64,000 bases of DNA from Bacteroidales bacterium UBA3724 (lineage in GTDB: Bacteria; Bacteroidota; Bacteroidia; Bacteroidales; P3), in assembly GCA_002371315.1 (NCBI GenBank), contig DFHL01000013.1, positions 5,742 through 69,741 on the forward strand, given 5' to 3'. The first letter of the stretch is position 1, and each line of letters begins with the position of its first letter. Positions 44,464 through 54,457 of the stretch are shown one piece after another. The notes below the pieces were generated by a model. It was not told where the DNA came from. It ran no database searches and was given only the letters and a program-made list of their open reading frames with translations. Position numbers and translations under genes: made by a program.

Positions 44464-46347
44464 TCAACGGCAGTTCATCAGTATCAGAAGGACCGAAATA
44501 TCGGCCGGCGAAACGCCGCTAATCCGCGATGCCTGGCCTATTGTTTTCGGCCTCATTTTCGACAGTTTCTCGCGTGCCTCAAACGACAGCGCCGACACCG
44601 CACGGTAGTCAAGGTCCTCCTTGATTGGCAGATTTTCGTACTTCAGTATCCTGTCGGCCACCTCGCGCTCCTTCTCGATATAGCGGCTGTATTTTATCAA
44701 TATTTCGGACGACTCGCACACCTCGCTGCGTATCGAGGAGGGCGTAGCGTTGACGAAATCGGACAGCTTTGGCGACATCTGCATCAAATCTGCCAAGGTC
44801 AATTCGGGCCGCAAAAGCAGGCTCGAAAGTGTCACTTTCTGCTGGATTGGGGCCGAATTGTGTGCTTCCAGAAACTGGTTGCATTCGCCAGGCAAGACGG
44901 ATGTACGGCCGACAAAATCGACAAGACTCTGCGAATAACGCTGCTTCTCCTCGACCCTCGCCATCCGCTCGGCCGAAGCAAGTCCAAGCTCGAACGACAA
45001 GGGTGTCAGACGCACATCGGCATCGTCTTGCCGCAAAAGGATGCGATACTCCGCACGCGAGGTGAACATACGATACGGCTCGTCGACGCCCTTGGTCACC
45101 AGGTCGTCGATAAGCACACCTATATACGCCTGCGTGCGACCTAGCACAAACGACGAACGTCCTCTCAGCTTCAAGACGGCATTGATTCCAGCCATCAGTC
45201 CCTGGCAGGCTGCCTCCTCGTATCCAGTCGTGCCGTTGATTTGCCCTGCAAAAAAGAGATTCTCTATCTTCTTGGTTTCAAGGGTATAATTGAGCTGGGT
45301 GGGCGGGAAATAATCATACTCGATGGCATAACCGGGCTTGAGGATTTGCGCCTTCTCGAAGCCCTCAATCGAGTGCAAAGCCTGCAGCTGCACCTCGAGC
45401 GGGAGCGACGAGGAGAAGCCGTTCAGGTAGTAAGAGTTTGTGCGAATGCCCTCAGGCTCGACAAAGAGCTGGTGCCGATCCTTGCCCGAAAAGCGCTCGA
45501 TCTTGTCCTCAATCGAAGGACAGTAGCGAGGACCACGACCCTGGATACGGCCAGTAAATAGCGGCGACTTGCTGAAACCCTCCTTCAATATCTCGTGCGT
45601 CTTCAAATTGGTATAAGCCAAATAGCACGACTTCTGCGCCTTGAGCGGCTCCGTAATAGGGCTGAACGAAAATTTGGCAGGATTTTCATCGCCTGGCTGC
45701 TCCGCAAGGACGGAAAAGTCTATAGTCCTACCGTCAATTCGTACCGGCGTGCCTGTTTTAAGTTTCTCTACTTCAAAGCCATAATCCCTCAACTTGTCGG
45801 ACAGCCCCTCGGCCGCTCTCTCCCCTATCCTGCCGCCGGAGAAGGAGGTCTCGCCGATAAAAATGCGGCCGTTCAAGAAGGTACCGTTTGTCAGAACAAC
45901 TGCGTCTGCCGGAATTTCGACCTGCATCTTGGTCACGCAACCCACGACAGCACCACCGTCAATGACAATATCGACAACCTCGTCCTGCCACAAATAAAGG
46001 TACGGTATATTTTCAATCACCTGCTTCCAGTTGGAAGAGAATTCGGCTTTGTCACATTGTGCACGCGGACTCCACATAGCGGGCCCTTTCGACCGGTTGA
46101 GCATCCTGAACTGAATCATCGAACGATCGGTGACAATCCCCGACCATCCGCCAAGGGCGTCAATCTCGCGCACTATCTGTCCCTTGGCGACACCGCCCAT
46201 TGCCGGGTTACAGGACATCTGGCATATAGAATCCAGGTTTTGCGTAATCAAAATAGTCTTTGCTCCAAGTCCGGCAGCAGCGGCGGCGGCTTCGGCACCG
46301 GCGTGACCGGCACCAACAACTGCGACATCGAATTTCTCAAACCTCAT
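44464..46347 (-). CDS. mnmG: tRNA uridine-5-carboxymethylaminomethyl(34) synthesis enzyme MnmG
   Basis: 627 aa. FDVAVVGAGHAGAEAA FAD motif, with GidA family features throughout. Confidence 0.96.
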   Translation of the reverse strand: MRFEKFDVAVVGAGHAGAEAAAAAAGLGAKTILITQNLDSICQMSCNPAMGGVAKGQIVREIDALGGWSGIVTDRSMIQFRMLNRSKGPAMWSPRAQCDKAEFSSNWKQVIENIPYLYLWQDEVVDIVIDGGAVVGCVTKMQVEIPADAVVLTNGTFLNGRIFIGETSFSGGRIGERAAEGLSDKLRDYGFEVEKLKTGTPVRIDGRTIDFSVLAEQPGDENPAKFSFSPITEPLKAQKSCYLAYTNLKTHEILKEGFSKSPLFTGRIQGRGPRYCPSIEDKIERFSGKDRHQLFVEPEGIRTNSYYLNGFSSSLPLEVQLQALHSIEGFEKAQILKPGYAIEYDYFPPTQLNYTLETKKIENLFFAGQINGTTGYEEAACQGLMAGINAVLKLRGRSSFVLGRTQAYIGVLIDDLVTKGVDEPYRMFTSRAEYRILLRQDDADVRLTPLSFELGLASAERMARVEEKQRYSQSLVDFVGRTSVLPGECNQFLEAHNSAPIQQKVTLSSLLLRPELTLADLMQMSPKLSDFVNATPSSIRSEVCESSEILIKYSRYIEKEREVADRILKYENLPIKEDLDYRAVSALSFEAREKLSKMRPKTIGQASRISGVSPADISVLLILMNCR

Positions 46348-46382
46348 AGCAGAACACTTTTAGTATTAACAACTTATTTGCC

Positions 46383-46400
46383 TTGTTTCACGTGAAACAA
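46383..46400. promoter_or_regulatory. perfect 18-bp palindrome TTGTTTCACGTGAAACAA
   Basis: Lies 36 nt upstream of the mnmG start codon. Related copies are at 44439 and 62244. Confidence 0.35.
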
Positions 46401-46407
46401 CAGTCAA

Positions 46408-46839
46408 TCACACACCGGAAAGGGTATCAAGAACGGCCAGCGACTCGTCCTCTTTCTGGCGCATAACAGCGGCATCGGCATCCGTCTTGTCCTTGAATCC
46501 GAGCAAATGAAGCACACCGTGAATAATGACACGATGCAATTCTCGCTTAAAAGGAATGGCCATCGTCCTCGCATTCTCCACCACCCTATCGACGCTAATC
46601 ATAATATCACCCGAGATTAGATTTCCCTCAACATAATCAAAAGTGATTATGTCGGTATATGTATCGTGGCCAAGAAACTTTACGTTGGCATCGTACACAT
46701 ACTCGTCCGAGCAGAAAAGATAATTCACCCTTCCCAAATTTTTCCCATAGGACGTCACAATCCGAGAAATCCATTTTTTCATCAAATCGGCATCCTTCAG
46801 GACAAAATCCACATCACTATTGGAAAAATAAACGGCCAT
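46408..46839 (-). CDS. ybeY: rRNA maturation RNase YbeY
   Basis: 143 aa with the HGVLHLLGFKD zinc motif. Confidence 0.93.
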   Translation of the reverse strand: MAVYFSNSDVDFVLKDADLMKKWISRIVTSYGKNLGRVNYLFCSDEYVYDANVKFLGHDTYTDIITFDYVEGNLISGDIMISVDRVVENARTMAIPFKRELHRVIIHGVLHLLGFKDKTDADAAVMRQKEDESLAVLDTLSGV

Positions 46840-47037
46840 ATCGATAAATTTATCTTAAATCAATTATTAGCGCAAAGAATCTGCTTGTAGGCAACAAGCA
46901 AGTACAATGCTGAATAAAAATAAGTTACAGTCTGAAATTGAAATTTATTCGTCAATTTCCTTCCCGTAGAATCGGTATCGGAAAGCACACGCCCGTCTGA
47001 TCTGAAAGAAAAAGACGAAACAGGCGACAGCGAAGAA

Positions 47038-47493
47038 TTACGCATTGACAAAACGTGGAGCATAGAAATTACGCAGAGCGACAATACGCTCGAGGGCGCG
47101 AGAAGCCTCGATGCCATTGATGACAAAATCGAGACGTACCGTCCTGCCACCATCCGAAAAACTCAAGCCATCCGAGAGGGTTTTCATCAGATATATTCCC
47201 ATACCACTCCCCTCACCTTCTGGAATTTCGCCGTACTTTTGAAAGTCGAAACCGCAACCTTCATCAGAGACAGTAAAAAAGACACCACCCTTACACAGGT
47301 CGCTTGTGATGGTCACACGCTTGGCAACATCATTGCCATTGCCGTGAACAATAGCATTTTCTACCGCCTGAAGCAAGGACATAGAGATAGCCGCGGCATA
47401 ATTATTGATGTTGCAAGTGTCGCAAACGGCACTTACAAAGCGTTCGACCTCGATTAAATTACTTGTATCAGACTGAATAATAAGTTTTTCCAT
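47038..47493 (-). CDS. HATPase-fold anti-sigma-regulatory-factor-like protein (RsbW/SpoIIAB-like)
   Basis: 151 aa. N-box-like ENAIVHGN and G-boxes DEGCGFD, GSGMGIYL. Confidence 0.7.
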   Translation of the reverse strand: MEKLIIQSDTSNLIEVERFVSAVCDTCNINNYAAAISMSLLQAVENAIVHGNGNDVAKRVTITSDLCKGGVFFTVSDEGCGFDFQKYGEIPEGEGSGMGIYLMKTLSDGLSFSDGGRTVRLDFVINGIEASRALERIVALRNFYAPRFVNA

Positions 47494-47602
47494 AACGTTA
47501 TGCTATAACGGTCTCTGATACAAAAATACATTATTTTTGCGAAATCACAAAATAAAATACACATCCAACGGCAAAAAAACCAGAGGGGTAGGGGATAGGA
47601 GC

Positions 47603-50600
47603 CTAAAACTTAAAGAAATAGTCGTTTACTTTGTTCTTATAATAATTGTTCAGCGACGGCGGAGTGGTATGGAAAAGCTCCTGATTCTTCTCCTGAAGGC
47701 GCTTGTACTCCTCAAGGTCACCTTGCGAAGGCTGATATACGTCCTTACCCTCCGTGCTTTCGCGGCGATCCTCTTTTTCTCGCTGCAATTCAGCCTTTTC
47801 GTGTTGCAAGAGGCGCGTCATTATCTGTTGCTGACGCTGTATCGTCTGACGCGTAATAGTCTTATTGACGAGGTCGGTCTCCGTTTGCTCCATCTGACGC
47901 ATAATATCATCTATCTCTTTGGCAATCTTACTATTGCCGCCACTCTGTTCCTTCATCTCCTGCCCATACTGCTGCATCATACGACGTATCTGCTCCTGCC
48001 GGGCAGCCATCTTGGCAAACTCCGAACTCATCGTATTGCCTTTGCCTATCTTCGTTCTTCCGCCAGGCTTACTCCCCTGTTTTTCAAGTTCCTTCTTCAA
48101 CGACTGCATCTGCTTGTTCAACTCATCCTGCATCTGACGCATCGACTTGGGCGACGGCTTGCCAGAGCCTGGATTCTCGCACTGTCCACCCTTCATCTTC
48201 ATACCCGGCCGTTTGCAACTGCCATTGTTCTTTTTTTGCTGGTTTTGACGCATCTGATTCTGCATCTGATCCAACGACTCCGCCAGAACGAGCGAAAGAT
48301 TGTTTAGCGATGTCATCGAATACTGCATTGACTTGGAGGATGTTGTATTGCGAAACGAGCCGTAAATCGACTCGTTGTACTGCATCAGGCCCGACATCGA
48401 TTTGGCGATGTTGGCATTGACCGAGGCGAGTTCCTTGTTGACAACCGAAGCCACAGCAACCTGCCTCTTGGCCAAAGCCCTCAACGAATCTTCAACACTG
48501 CGGAAGTCGTCTTTCAGTCGGTTCTGGTCAGCAATAATCTGCTGATACTTGGGGTCTTGCACACTTACTGAACCAGTCGACGAAATCAGTTTCTCTTGAT
48601 TGAAAGAGAGCTGCACCAAGTTCTTCAGCAACAGACGAATCTGTTCCGAATCCTCGGCCAAGTCCTGCTGCTCAATATCCATTTGCGATTCCGCCAACTG
48701 TTCCGAAAGCTTCTTCAAGTCGTCGGCAGCCGACTGCTGCGATTTCGAGGCATCTTTTTTCTTGCCTTTCGACAGCTTGTTTTCGGCATCCTGCTGGCTT
48801 TGCTCGATTTTCTTTTGCAACGCTTCATCAGTCTTGAAATCAGACGGATGGTCAAGATTTTTATACTCTTGCTTTATCTGTTCGATGTCTTTTTGCAGCT
48901 GTTTGAATTGCTCGGAAAGCTTCTGCTGTTCCTGCAGATTTTCCTTCGAATCACCCTGCTTTTGCGACAGCTCTTCCTGCTTTTTTGACAGCTCGTCAGC
49001 CTTGTTCACAGCCTGCTCAACCTTTTTTTCAATCTCCAAGCGCTTCAGCAGCTCGATATTCTGGTCCAACTGCTTCTCCAGGTCCTCATTCTTCAGTTTC
49101 ATATTTTCAAGCTCCTCTTGGACCTTCTTCTTATCCATCTCATTCATAAGGCGTTCCATCTCCTTCATCAACTCCTTCATCTCGTCGTTCATCACCTCGT
49201 CAAACAAGCGATCCAATTCCTTTTGCTTCTCCAAAAGCTGCTCGCTCTGGTCGCGGAACTTTTCCTCAAGGCGGTTGTTTTCCTTGATTTGCTCGCGCAT
49301 CTGCTGCAGCTGGTTTTTCACCTCTTCCTGCTTCTTTTTCAGCTCCTCGATCTGCTTCTTGTCCTGCCACGAAAGCTCTTTTTTGTCGACAAGCTTACGC
49401 ATCATTTCGTTGATTTCCTCTTGCAGTTTCTTGAGTTCCGAAATCGACAGGTCGGCCTGCTGATGGATCTGCGACGACGACGAACGAATAATCTCGTCAA
49501 TTTCCTCTTCTGTAGGAACTTGCACTTCAAACGATTGCGACTGTGTCGACTTTGCCCCATTGATGCCGTCATTGTCCCACACCTCGAAATAATACTTCAC
49601 GTGGTCGCCTGGATTGGCCGCAAACTGCGACAGGTCGGATGAGAAATGGAACTCCTGCGACGCCTCAGCGCTGATTGCAACAGGTATACGCCGTACATCT
49701 TTGACCGATGTGTCTGAAGCATTAGTCTTTATGACTACAAATTCGAGCTTTGAAAAGCCATAATCATCCTTGATTTGGCCCTTGAAAAAATGCCGCTCGG
49801 GCATCAGCGAATCGCTCATCCTGATGACGGCAATCATCGGGAAGGCATCGTCCACAACCGAAACCGAATAGCTCAGCGTGTCCGAAACCGTGCGATTGTT
49901 GCTGACACAGAAACCGTATGAAAACGAGCCCATTGCACGCACCGACGTCTTCACACGTCCATTGCCGTTCGGCGCCAAGTCGTGGGCACTGTTGTCGGTA
50001 AAGAAATGCAGCGTGTCTGCATCCGACGTCTGGAAAGCCCACTCGATGCGCGTCCCCTTCGGCAACGTGATGTCGCCTTCGTTGGCAAGCGTTTCGGGTT
50101 CTTTCCCGGTATAGGCAGGGTAGGAGAGAAGTGCCTGAAAATAAGCCACCGTAGGGCGCGCCAAAACCTCGAGGCTGTAGACTCGCGACATCACTCCGAC
50201 CGCGCTGAACAGGAAATCGTGCGAACGCTGCAGGTTTTTGAACGTGTAACTATAGTGGACATTGTCAAGCTTTTGCATACGATAGTTTACGCCATCGACA
50301 ACGATGGCAACCTCGTTTGGCACCTCCTCACCCTCAACCGAGACCCGAACAGTGAAATCATCCTGCTGGGAAGCTGACAAACTATTGTTTTCCAACACAA
50401 AGGCGAATGGCGCCGGACGTTCGTAATAGGTCGAATGATTGATGATGCGTCTGGAAGGTTCCGTTATCACAGACGGAGCAATAATTAACGCCACAACAAT
50501 GATTGCCAGAGGAATAGCGGCGTATTTTACATACTTTACGTTTTTCCGCAGATCGATAGCTTTGAGGAACGGCACCGGCGACAGCTGTGCCGTCTTCTGC

Positions 50601-51001
50601 TCGATTGAAGCTGCCAGAAGCTCATTTCCCGTCGCTTCACCCATCTGCTGCAACTGCAACAGATTGAGCAATTTATCGCTGACATCTGGAAAATGTTTGC
50701 CTATAATATATGCCGCCTGCTCATAGGAGATGCGATTGCCGAGCCGCATCATCTTCAATAACGGCGATACAACATAAAAGCCGACGACGGTGGCCAGCGA
50801 CGCAATAAAAGCCCAGAACAATGCCGTTCGCACTCCCGTACCAAACCACCCAAAATGCTCAAGCAAAACCATCACTATATATAACGTCAGCAATATGGCG
50901 ACGGACAGCAGCAATCCTTTTAGCAGCCTGTTCTTGTAGTACTTACGGATGAAGGCATCCAGTTTCTCGATTATATTGTTTCCAGAATACACGAAATTCA
51001 A
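47603..51001 (-). CDS. large membrane-anchored coiled-coil protein (DUF4175-like)
   Basis: 1132 aa. Three N-terminal TM helices, a beta-rich middle region, about 450 aa of K/E/Q-rich coiled coil, C-terminus NYYKNKVNDYFFKF. Confidence 0.75.
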   Translation of the reverse strand: MNFVYSGNNIIEKLDAFIRKYYKNRLLKGLLLSVAILLTLYIVMVLLEHFGWFGTGVRTALFWAFIASLATVVGFYVVSPLLKMMRLGNRISYEQAAYIIGKHFPDVSDKLLNLLQLQQMGEATGNELLAASIEQKTAQLSPVPFLKAIDLRKNVKYVKYAAIPLAIIVVALIIAPSVITEPSRRIINHSTYYERPAPFAFVLENNSLSASQQDDFTVRVSVEGEEVPNEVAIVVDGVNYRMQKLDNVHYSYTFKNLQRSHDFLFSAVGVMSRVYSLEVLARPTVAYFQALLSYPAYTGKEPETLANEGDITLPKGTRIEWAFQTSDADTLHFFTDNSAHDLAPNGNGRVKTSVRAMGSFSYGFCVSNNRTVSDTLSYSVSVVDDAFPMIAVIRMSDSLMPERHFFKGQIKDDYGFSKLEFVVIKTNASDTSVKDVRRIPVAISAEASQEFHFSSDLSQFAANPGDHVKYYFEVWDNDGINGAKSTQSQSFEVQVPTEEEIDEIIRSSSSQIHQQADLSISELKKLQEEINEMMRKLVDKKELSWQDKKQIEELKKKQEEVKNQLQQMREQIKENNRLEEKFRDQSEQLLEKQKELDRLFDEVMNDEMKELMKEMERLMNEMDKKKVQEELENMKLKNEDLEKQLDQNIELLKRLEIEKKVEQAVNKADELSKKQEELSQKQGDSKENLQEQQKLSEQFKQLQKDIEQIKQEYKNLDHPSDFKTDEALQKKIEQSQQDAENKLSKGKKKDASKSQQSAADDLKKLSEQLAESQMDIEQQDLAEDSEQIRLLLKNLVQLSFNQEKLISSTGSVSVQDPKYQQIIADQNRLKDDFRSVEDSLRALAKRQVAVASVVNKELASVNANIAKSMSGLMQYNESIYGSFRNTTSSKSMQYSMTSLNNLSLVLAESLDQMQNQMRQNQQKKNNGSCKRPGMKMKGGQCENPGSGKPSPKSMRQMQDELNKQMQSLKKELEKQGSKPGGRTKIGKGNTMSSEFAKMAARQEQIRRMMQQYGQEMKEQSGGNSKIAKEIDDIMRQMEQTETDLVNKTITRQTIQRQQQIMTRLLQHEKAELQREKEDRRESTEGKDVYQPSQGDLEEYKRLQEKNQELFHTTPPSLNNYYKNKVNDYFFKF

Positions 51002-51253
51002 ATTTGATATAGAATAACGTCATACATTCTATTTTATTGTAGGCAAGCCAGCTATTAATTACATATAGATTCCACTCTAAAAATCTCGCGACGACCCCCT
51101 TCGAAATGTTAAAAACATACATCATTTTAACATTTTATTTTAACATTTATATCTTACTGATTGTCAATGGTTAATTTTGCAACCGCTTGGAGAAATTCCA
51201 CACATCGCCCGATTTTGACCTGTATAAAACCCTGACGCAAGGGCTATTAAAGC

Positions 51254-51392
51254 CCACTGGCGTAGGGTTTGGAAAGGCTTTGGATGGGCTTTGGGTGAAC
51301 TTTGGTAGGTATTTGGTACCTGCAAAACAGCGAGTTGCCACATCGAAAAATTGGCCAAAAACCGCATCTGAAATGTTAAAATTTAACATTTC
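51254..51392 (+). repeat. dispersed intergenic element, copy 4
   Basis: ccACTGGCGtagggTTTGGAAaggcTTTGGATgggcTTTGGGTgaacTTTGGTAggtaTTTGGTAcctgcaaaacag. The T-run/GGCC module is inverted here (aaaaattggccaaaaacc). Confidence 0.8.
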
Positions 51393-51542
51393 CTCTTGCC
51401 TAATTAATCTAACCACACGCGCCCCCAGCGGATTTCGCCCACCTCACGGACAGGAGAATTTTAGTACATTATTTTTTGGATTACTAATGACAATTATGCC
51501 ATCAAACACATAATAAGCAAACCCCTTTTGCGTTATAAAGCT

Positions 51543-52352
51543 ATGAAAACTATGAGCAAAGTCGTATTTATATCCGGAGCCTCGTCGGGCTTTGGCAAGG
51601 CAACAGCAGAACTTCTGGCATCGAAAGGCTACATCGTCTACGGTACCAGCCGCAAAAGCATAACGCACAGCCAAATCCATTACTTGTATATGGATTTGCA
51701 GGAGCGCGAATCTGTCAGAAAAGCCATCGAACGCATTGTAGAAGAACAGGGTAGGATAGACGTGGCGATCAACAATGCCGGAATGGGGATAGGGGGGTCG
51801 TTGGAATTGGCCACCGACGAAGAGATTGACATACAGATGGATACCAATTTCCGCGGCTGCGTGAGCGTGTGCCAGCACGTGCTGCCCGTGATGCGGAAGC
51901 AGGGCGGAGGCCAAATCATCAACCTGAGCTCAATTGGCGGCATTATGGGTCTGCCGTACCAGGGCTATTACTCAGCCTCTAAGTTTGCCATCGAGGGCTT
52001 CACCGAGGCGCTGGCGGCCGAAGTCCGCGGCTTTGGCATAAAAGTGTCGATGGTCGAGCCCGGCGATTTCGCCACCAATTTCACGGCCCGGCGCAAGATA
52101 TCGGAGGCGACGCAGAAAAGCGCCGCCTACGGCGACAGTTTTGCCCGCAGCCTGTCGCTCATCGAGAAAGAGGAGAACGGTGGCCTGAAGCCCGAAAAAC
52201 TGGCCAAAACGATAGAGAAAATCATCCGCAGCCGACGCCCGCGCCTGCGCTACGTCGTCGCCAACTTCGAACAGAAGCTTTCAGTCCTCCTGAAGCGCAT
52301 CATCCCCGGCAACTGGATGGTGTCGATTTTGAGAAACTATTATAAGGTTTAA
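51543..52352 (+). CDS. SDR-family oxidoreductase
   Basis: ISGASSGFG cofactor motif, NNAG and YSASK motifs. Start chosen at ATG 51543. Confidence 0.85.
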   Translation: MKTMSKVVFISGASSGFGKATAELLASKGYIVYGTSRKSITHSQIHYLYMDLQERESVRKAIERIVEEQGRIDVAINNAGMGIGGSLELATDEEIDIQMDTNFRGCVSVCQHVLPVMRKQGGGQIINLSSIGGIMGLPYQGYYSASKFAIEGFTEALAAEVRGFGIKVSMVEPGDFATNFTARRKISEATQKSAAYGDSFARSLSLIEKEENGGLKPEKLAKTIEKIIRSRRPRLRYVVANFEQKLSVLLKRIIPGNWMVSILRNYYKV

Positions 52353-52370
52353 CCATTAACAATCAGCAAT

Positions 52371-52790
52371 ATGAACAACCACGGCAAAGACATCTGCAAA
52401 CAATTGAAGGAAATCCGCAAGCAGATAGCATCCGATAACGACATCCCTCTCGAGGAACACGAGTGCCACTACGACGGCCCGTGCAAGGGCACCTGCCCGC
52501 GCTGCGACGCCGAGCTGCAATATCTTGAAACAGAACTTGGCCGCCGCGGCAAGTTGAGCAAGGCCGCCATTGTGGCCGGCGTGACCCTGAGCCTTGCCGC
52601 CAGCGCCTGCACCACGGAAGGCGACCCACTGCCCGACCCGCTTACGGGCGATGTCTACTACCCCGAAGACACCACGCAATGCCCGAACGACACAACAGCA
52701 ACATCAAGCGAAGAGACCTTCTGCTTTACGGAATCAAGACAAAGCGAGTTGCCATCAAACAAGGCGAAAAGCGACGAGAAGGGGTGCTGA
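52371..52790 (+). CDS. hypothetical Cys-rich single-pass membrane protein
   Basis: 139 aa. N-terminal ICKQLKEIRKQIA...ECHYDGPCKGTCPRCDAEL zinc-ribbon-like segment and one TM helix. It starts 18 nt after the SDR gene. Confidence 0.6.
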   Translation: MNNHGKDICKQLKEIRKQIASDNDIPLEEHECHYDGPCKGTCPRCDAELQYLETELGRRGKLSKAAIVAGVTLSLAASACTTEGDPLPDPLTGDVYYPEDTTQCPNDTTATSSEETFCFTESRQSELPSNKAKSDEKGC

Positions 52791-52825
52791 TTGAAGCAAT
52801 GTGAAATTAGCAATACACATAACAA

Positions 52826-52860
52826 TAAAAAACCCACAAGACTAGCCGTGTGGGTTTTTG
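52826..52860. terminator. bidirectional rho-independent terminator
   Basis: AAAAAA-CCCACA-N10-TGTGGG-TTTTTG. Confidence 0.65.
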
Positions 52861-52980
52861 ATTATGCGCATCCGTACCTTGGCGATATGATGCGTAAATA
52901 GCCACGATTTTGGTGGCCTCTTAATACGAACTATTGTTCACAGGAAATGATAGTTCTTTCTCCGTTCATATGCATACATT

Positions 52981-53379
52981 TTATCTTGAGAACGTTGCAT
53001 AATAAAGCTGATTTTTACCGCCCTCAAGTGCATAGTCAGTCGCAGCATACGTCAGTCTCAATTTAGATTCAGACAGTTCTTCTATTGTGCAATTCCCCGA
53101 CCAGTTGTCATCCATAATTGTTAATGTTTTGCCATCTACTTTGTAATCATAACTGCCGTATTTAGATATTAATTTACCCTCTTTTGTAAATTCCCATATA
53201 GCTCCCTCCCAACTGTAAGTAACCTCTACTGGCTCACCAGTTTCAATATTTGAGAAATGTGCTCCTGCTTCAATTACTGACCATTTTCCGACAATGGAAT
53301 CTTCATCCTTGGAGCACGACGTCATCATTCCTAATGTTGCGATGCAAAGCATTACTGCAAAAAATTTAAGTGTCTTCAT
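52981..53379 (-). CDS. lipocalin-like lipoprotein
   Basis: 132 aa with lipobox MMTSCSKD and the GKWSV motif. Paralogous in layout to the next gene. Confidence 0.65.
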   Translation of the reverse strand: MKTLKFFAVMLCIATLGMMTSCSKDEDSIVGKWSVIEAGAHFSNIETGEPVEVTYSWEGAIWEFTKEGKLISKYGSYDYKVDGKTLTIMDDNWSGNCTIEELSESKLRLTYAATDYALEGGKNQLYYATFSR

Positions 53380-53445
53380 TTTATTAATGCCGTGTTATCC
53401 TGTTGGCTCATCAGTTTTAGTTATTAATATTTAAAAAAACAATAG

Positions 53446-53928
53446 TTACAATCTTTTCATTTTAAAAGTGGCAATTGGATAGGTAACAATACTCCTCCCG
53501 TAATAATCTACGGCACCTGCATCAACAGAAGCACAGACACTCAACTTGAGCATATCATCCCAATAGTTAAGAACATCTATTGCCTCGTAATATGGGTGCT
53601 GACCATTCTCATATTCCAGAAAGATTGTACCCTTAAATTCCTCTCCTTCATACTCAACTTCATTTATAGTCCACTTTCCTGTACACGATTGTGATTTCGC
53701 ATTCATAGAAAAAGAACCATCTTCTTTTAAAATCAACCGCGATGGAACATCCGAATATCTACCCCATGCATTTATTGATATGTCTCCTAGTTCATAATAA
53801 TTAAATGTTACATTCTCCGTTTGCCAATTACCAATTACTTTATCGCGAATGGTCTCTTCTTTAGAGCATGACATTACTAGCCCCATTGAGGCAATGCAGA
53901 GCATCAATTTTAAAACTTTTTTTCTCAT
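53446..53928 (-). CDS. lipocalin-like lipoprotein (paralogue)
   Basis: Lipobox LVMSCSKE and the GNWQT motif. Start chosen at MRKKVLKL (the track extends to 53997). Confidence 0.62.
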   Translation of the reverse strand: MRKKVLKLMLCIASMGLVMSCSKEETIRDKVIGNWQTENVTFNYYELGDISINAWGRYSDVPSRLILKEDGSFSMNAKSQSCTGKWTINEVEYEGEEFKGTIFLEYENGQHPYYEAIDVLNYWDDMLKLSVCASVDAGAVDYYGRSIVTYPIATFKMKRL

Positions 53929-54261
53929 TTTTTTACTTGTTTCGCTCTTCCGCACCCCGTTGAGCATTATTAAAAGAAGCGTGGTGCCGTACGCCACGTC
54001 TTTAATTGGAGGTCGTGAGAATTACCTTTGAGGAAGATGTAACCGTAAACAGCCCACGCCATACGCGCGAACCCTTACGCCCTCTTGCCTCGTTGAAAAT
54101 TTCTCACGTTTCCAATTACAAGAACGAGCATAACGCTTCGTCAGATTTCCTATGAAATCAACTGCAAAGATACAAACCTTTTCTGACACGGCAAAAAAAT
54201 ATTTTACTCTTGACGCCATTAGTAATTGTAACAATGTGTGATATAAACGTTTCGGACATCC

Positions 54262-54295
54262 AAAAAAGCAAAAAAAGTGTCCCAAAACGGGACAC
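54262..54295 (-). terminator. rho-independent terminator (minus strand)
   Basis: On the minus strand: GTGTCCC-gtttt-GGGACAC followed by TTTTTTTGCTTTTTTG. Confidence 0.5.
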
Positions 54296-54457
54296 AATTC
54301 ATATTATCAGCTATATATAGCTAAATAATTAAAGAGCATATTAGATAATTAATATCTAATATTTAATATATTCTTTCTTTGAAAAATATACTATAAAATA
54401 ACGATTATTTTTTGTTTTTACAACGAGCATTATTTGCCCTTTTTGCTCTCATAATAG

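Noticed and set aside
54022-54297. A 91-aa minus-strand ORF lies in the AT-rich islet.
   Set aside because: It has no signal, domain or promoter. Its first codons cover the terminator hairpin at 54262-54295. The composition is typical of a random open frame.
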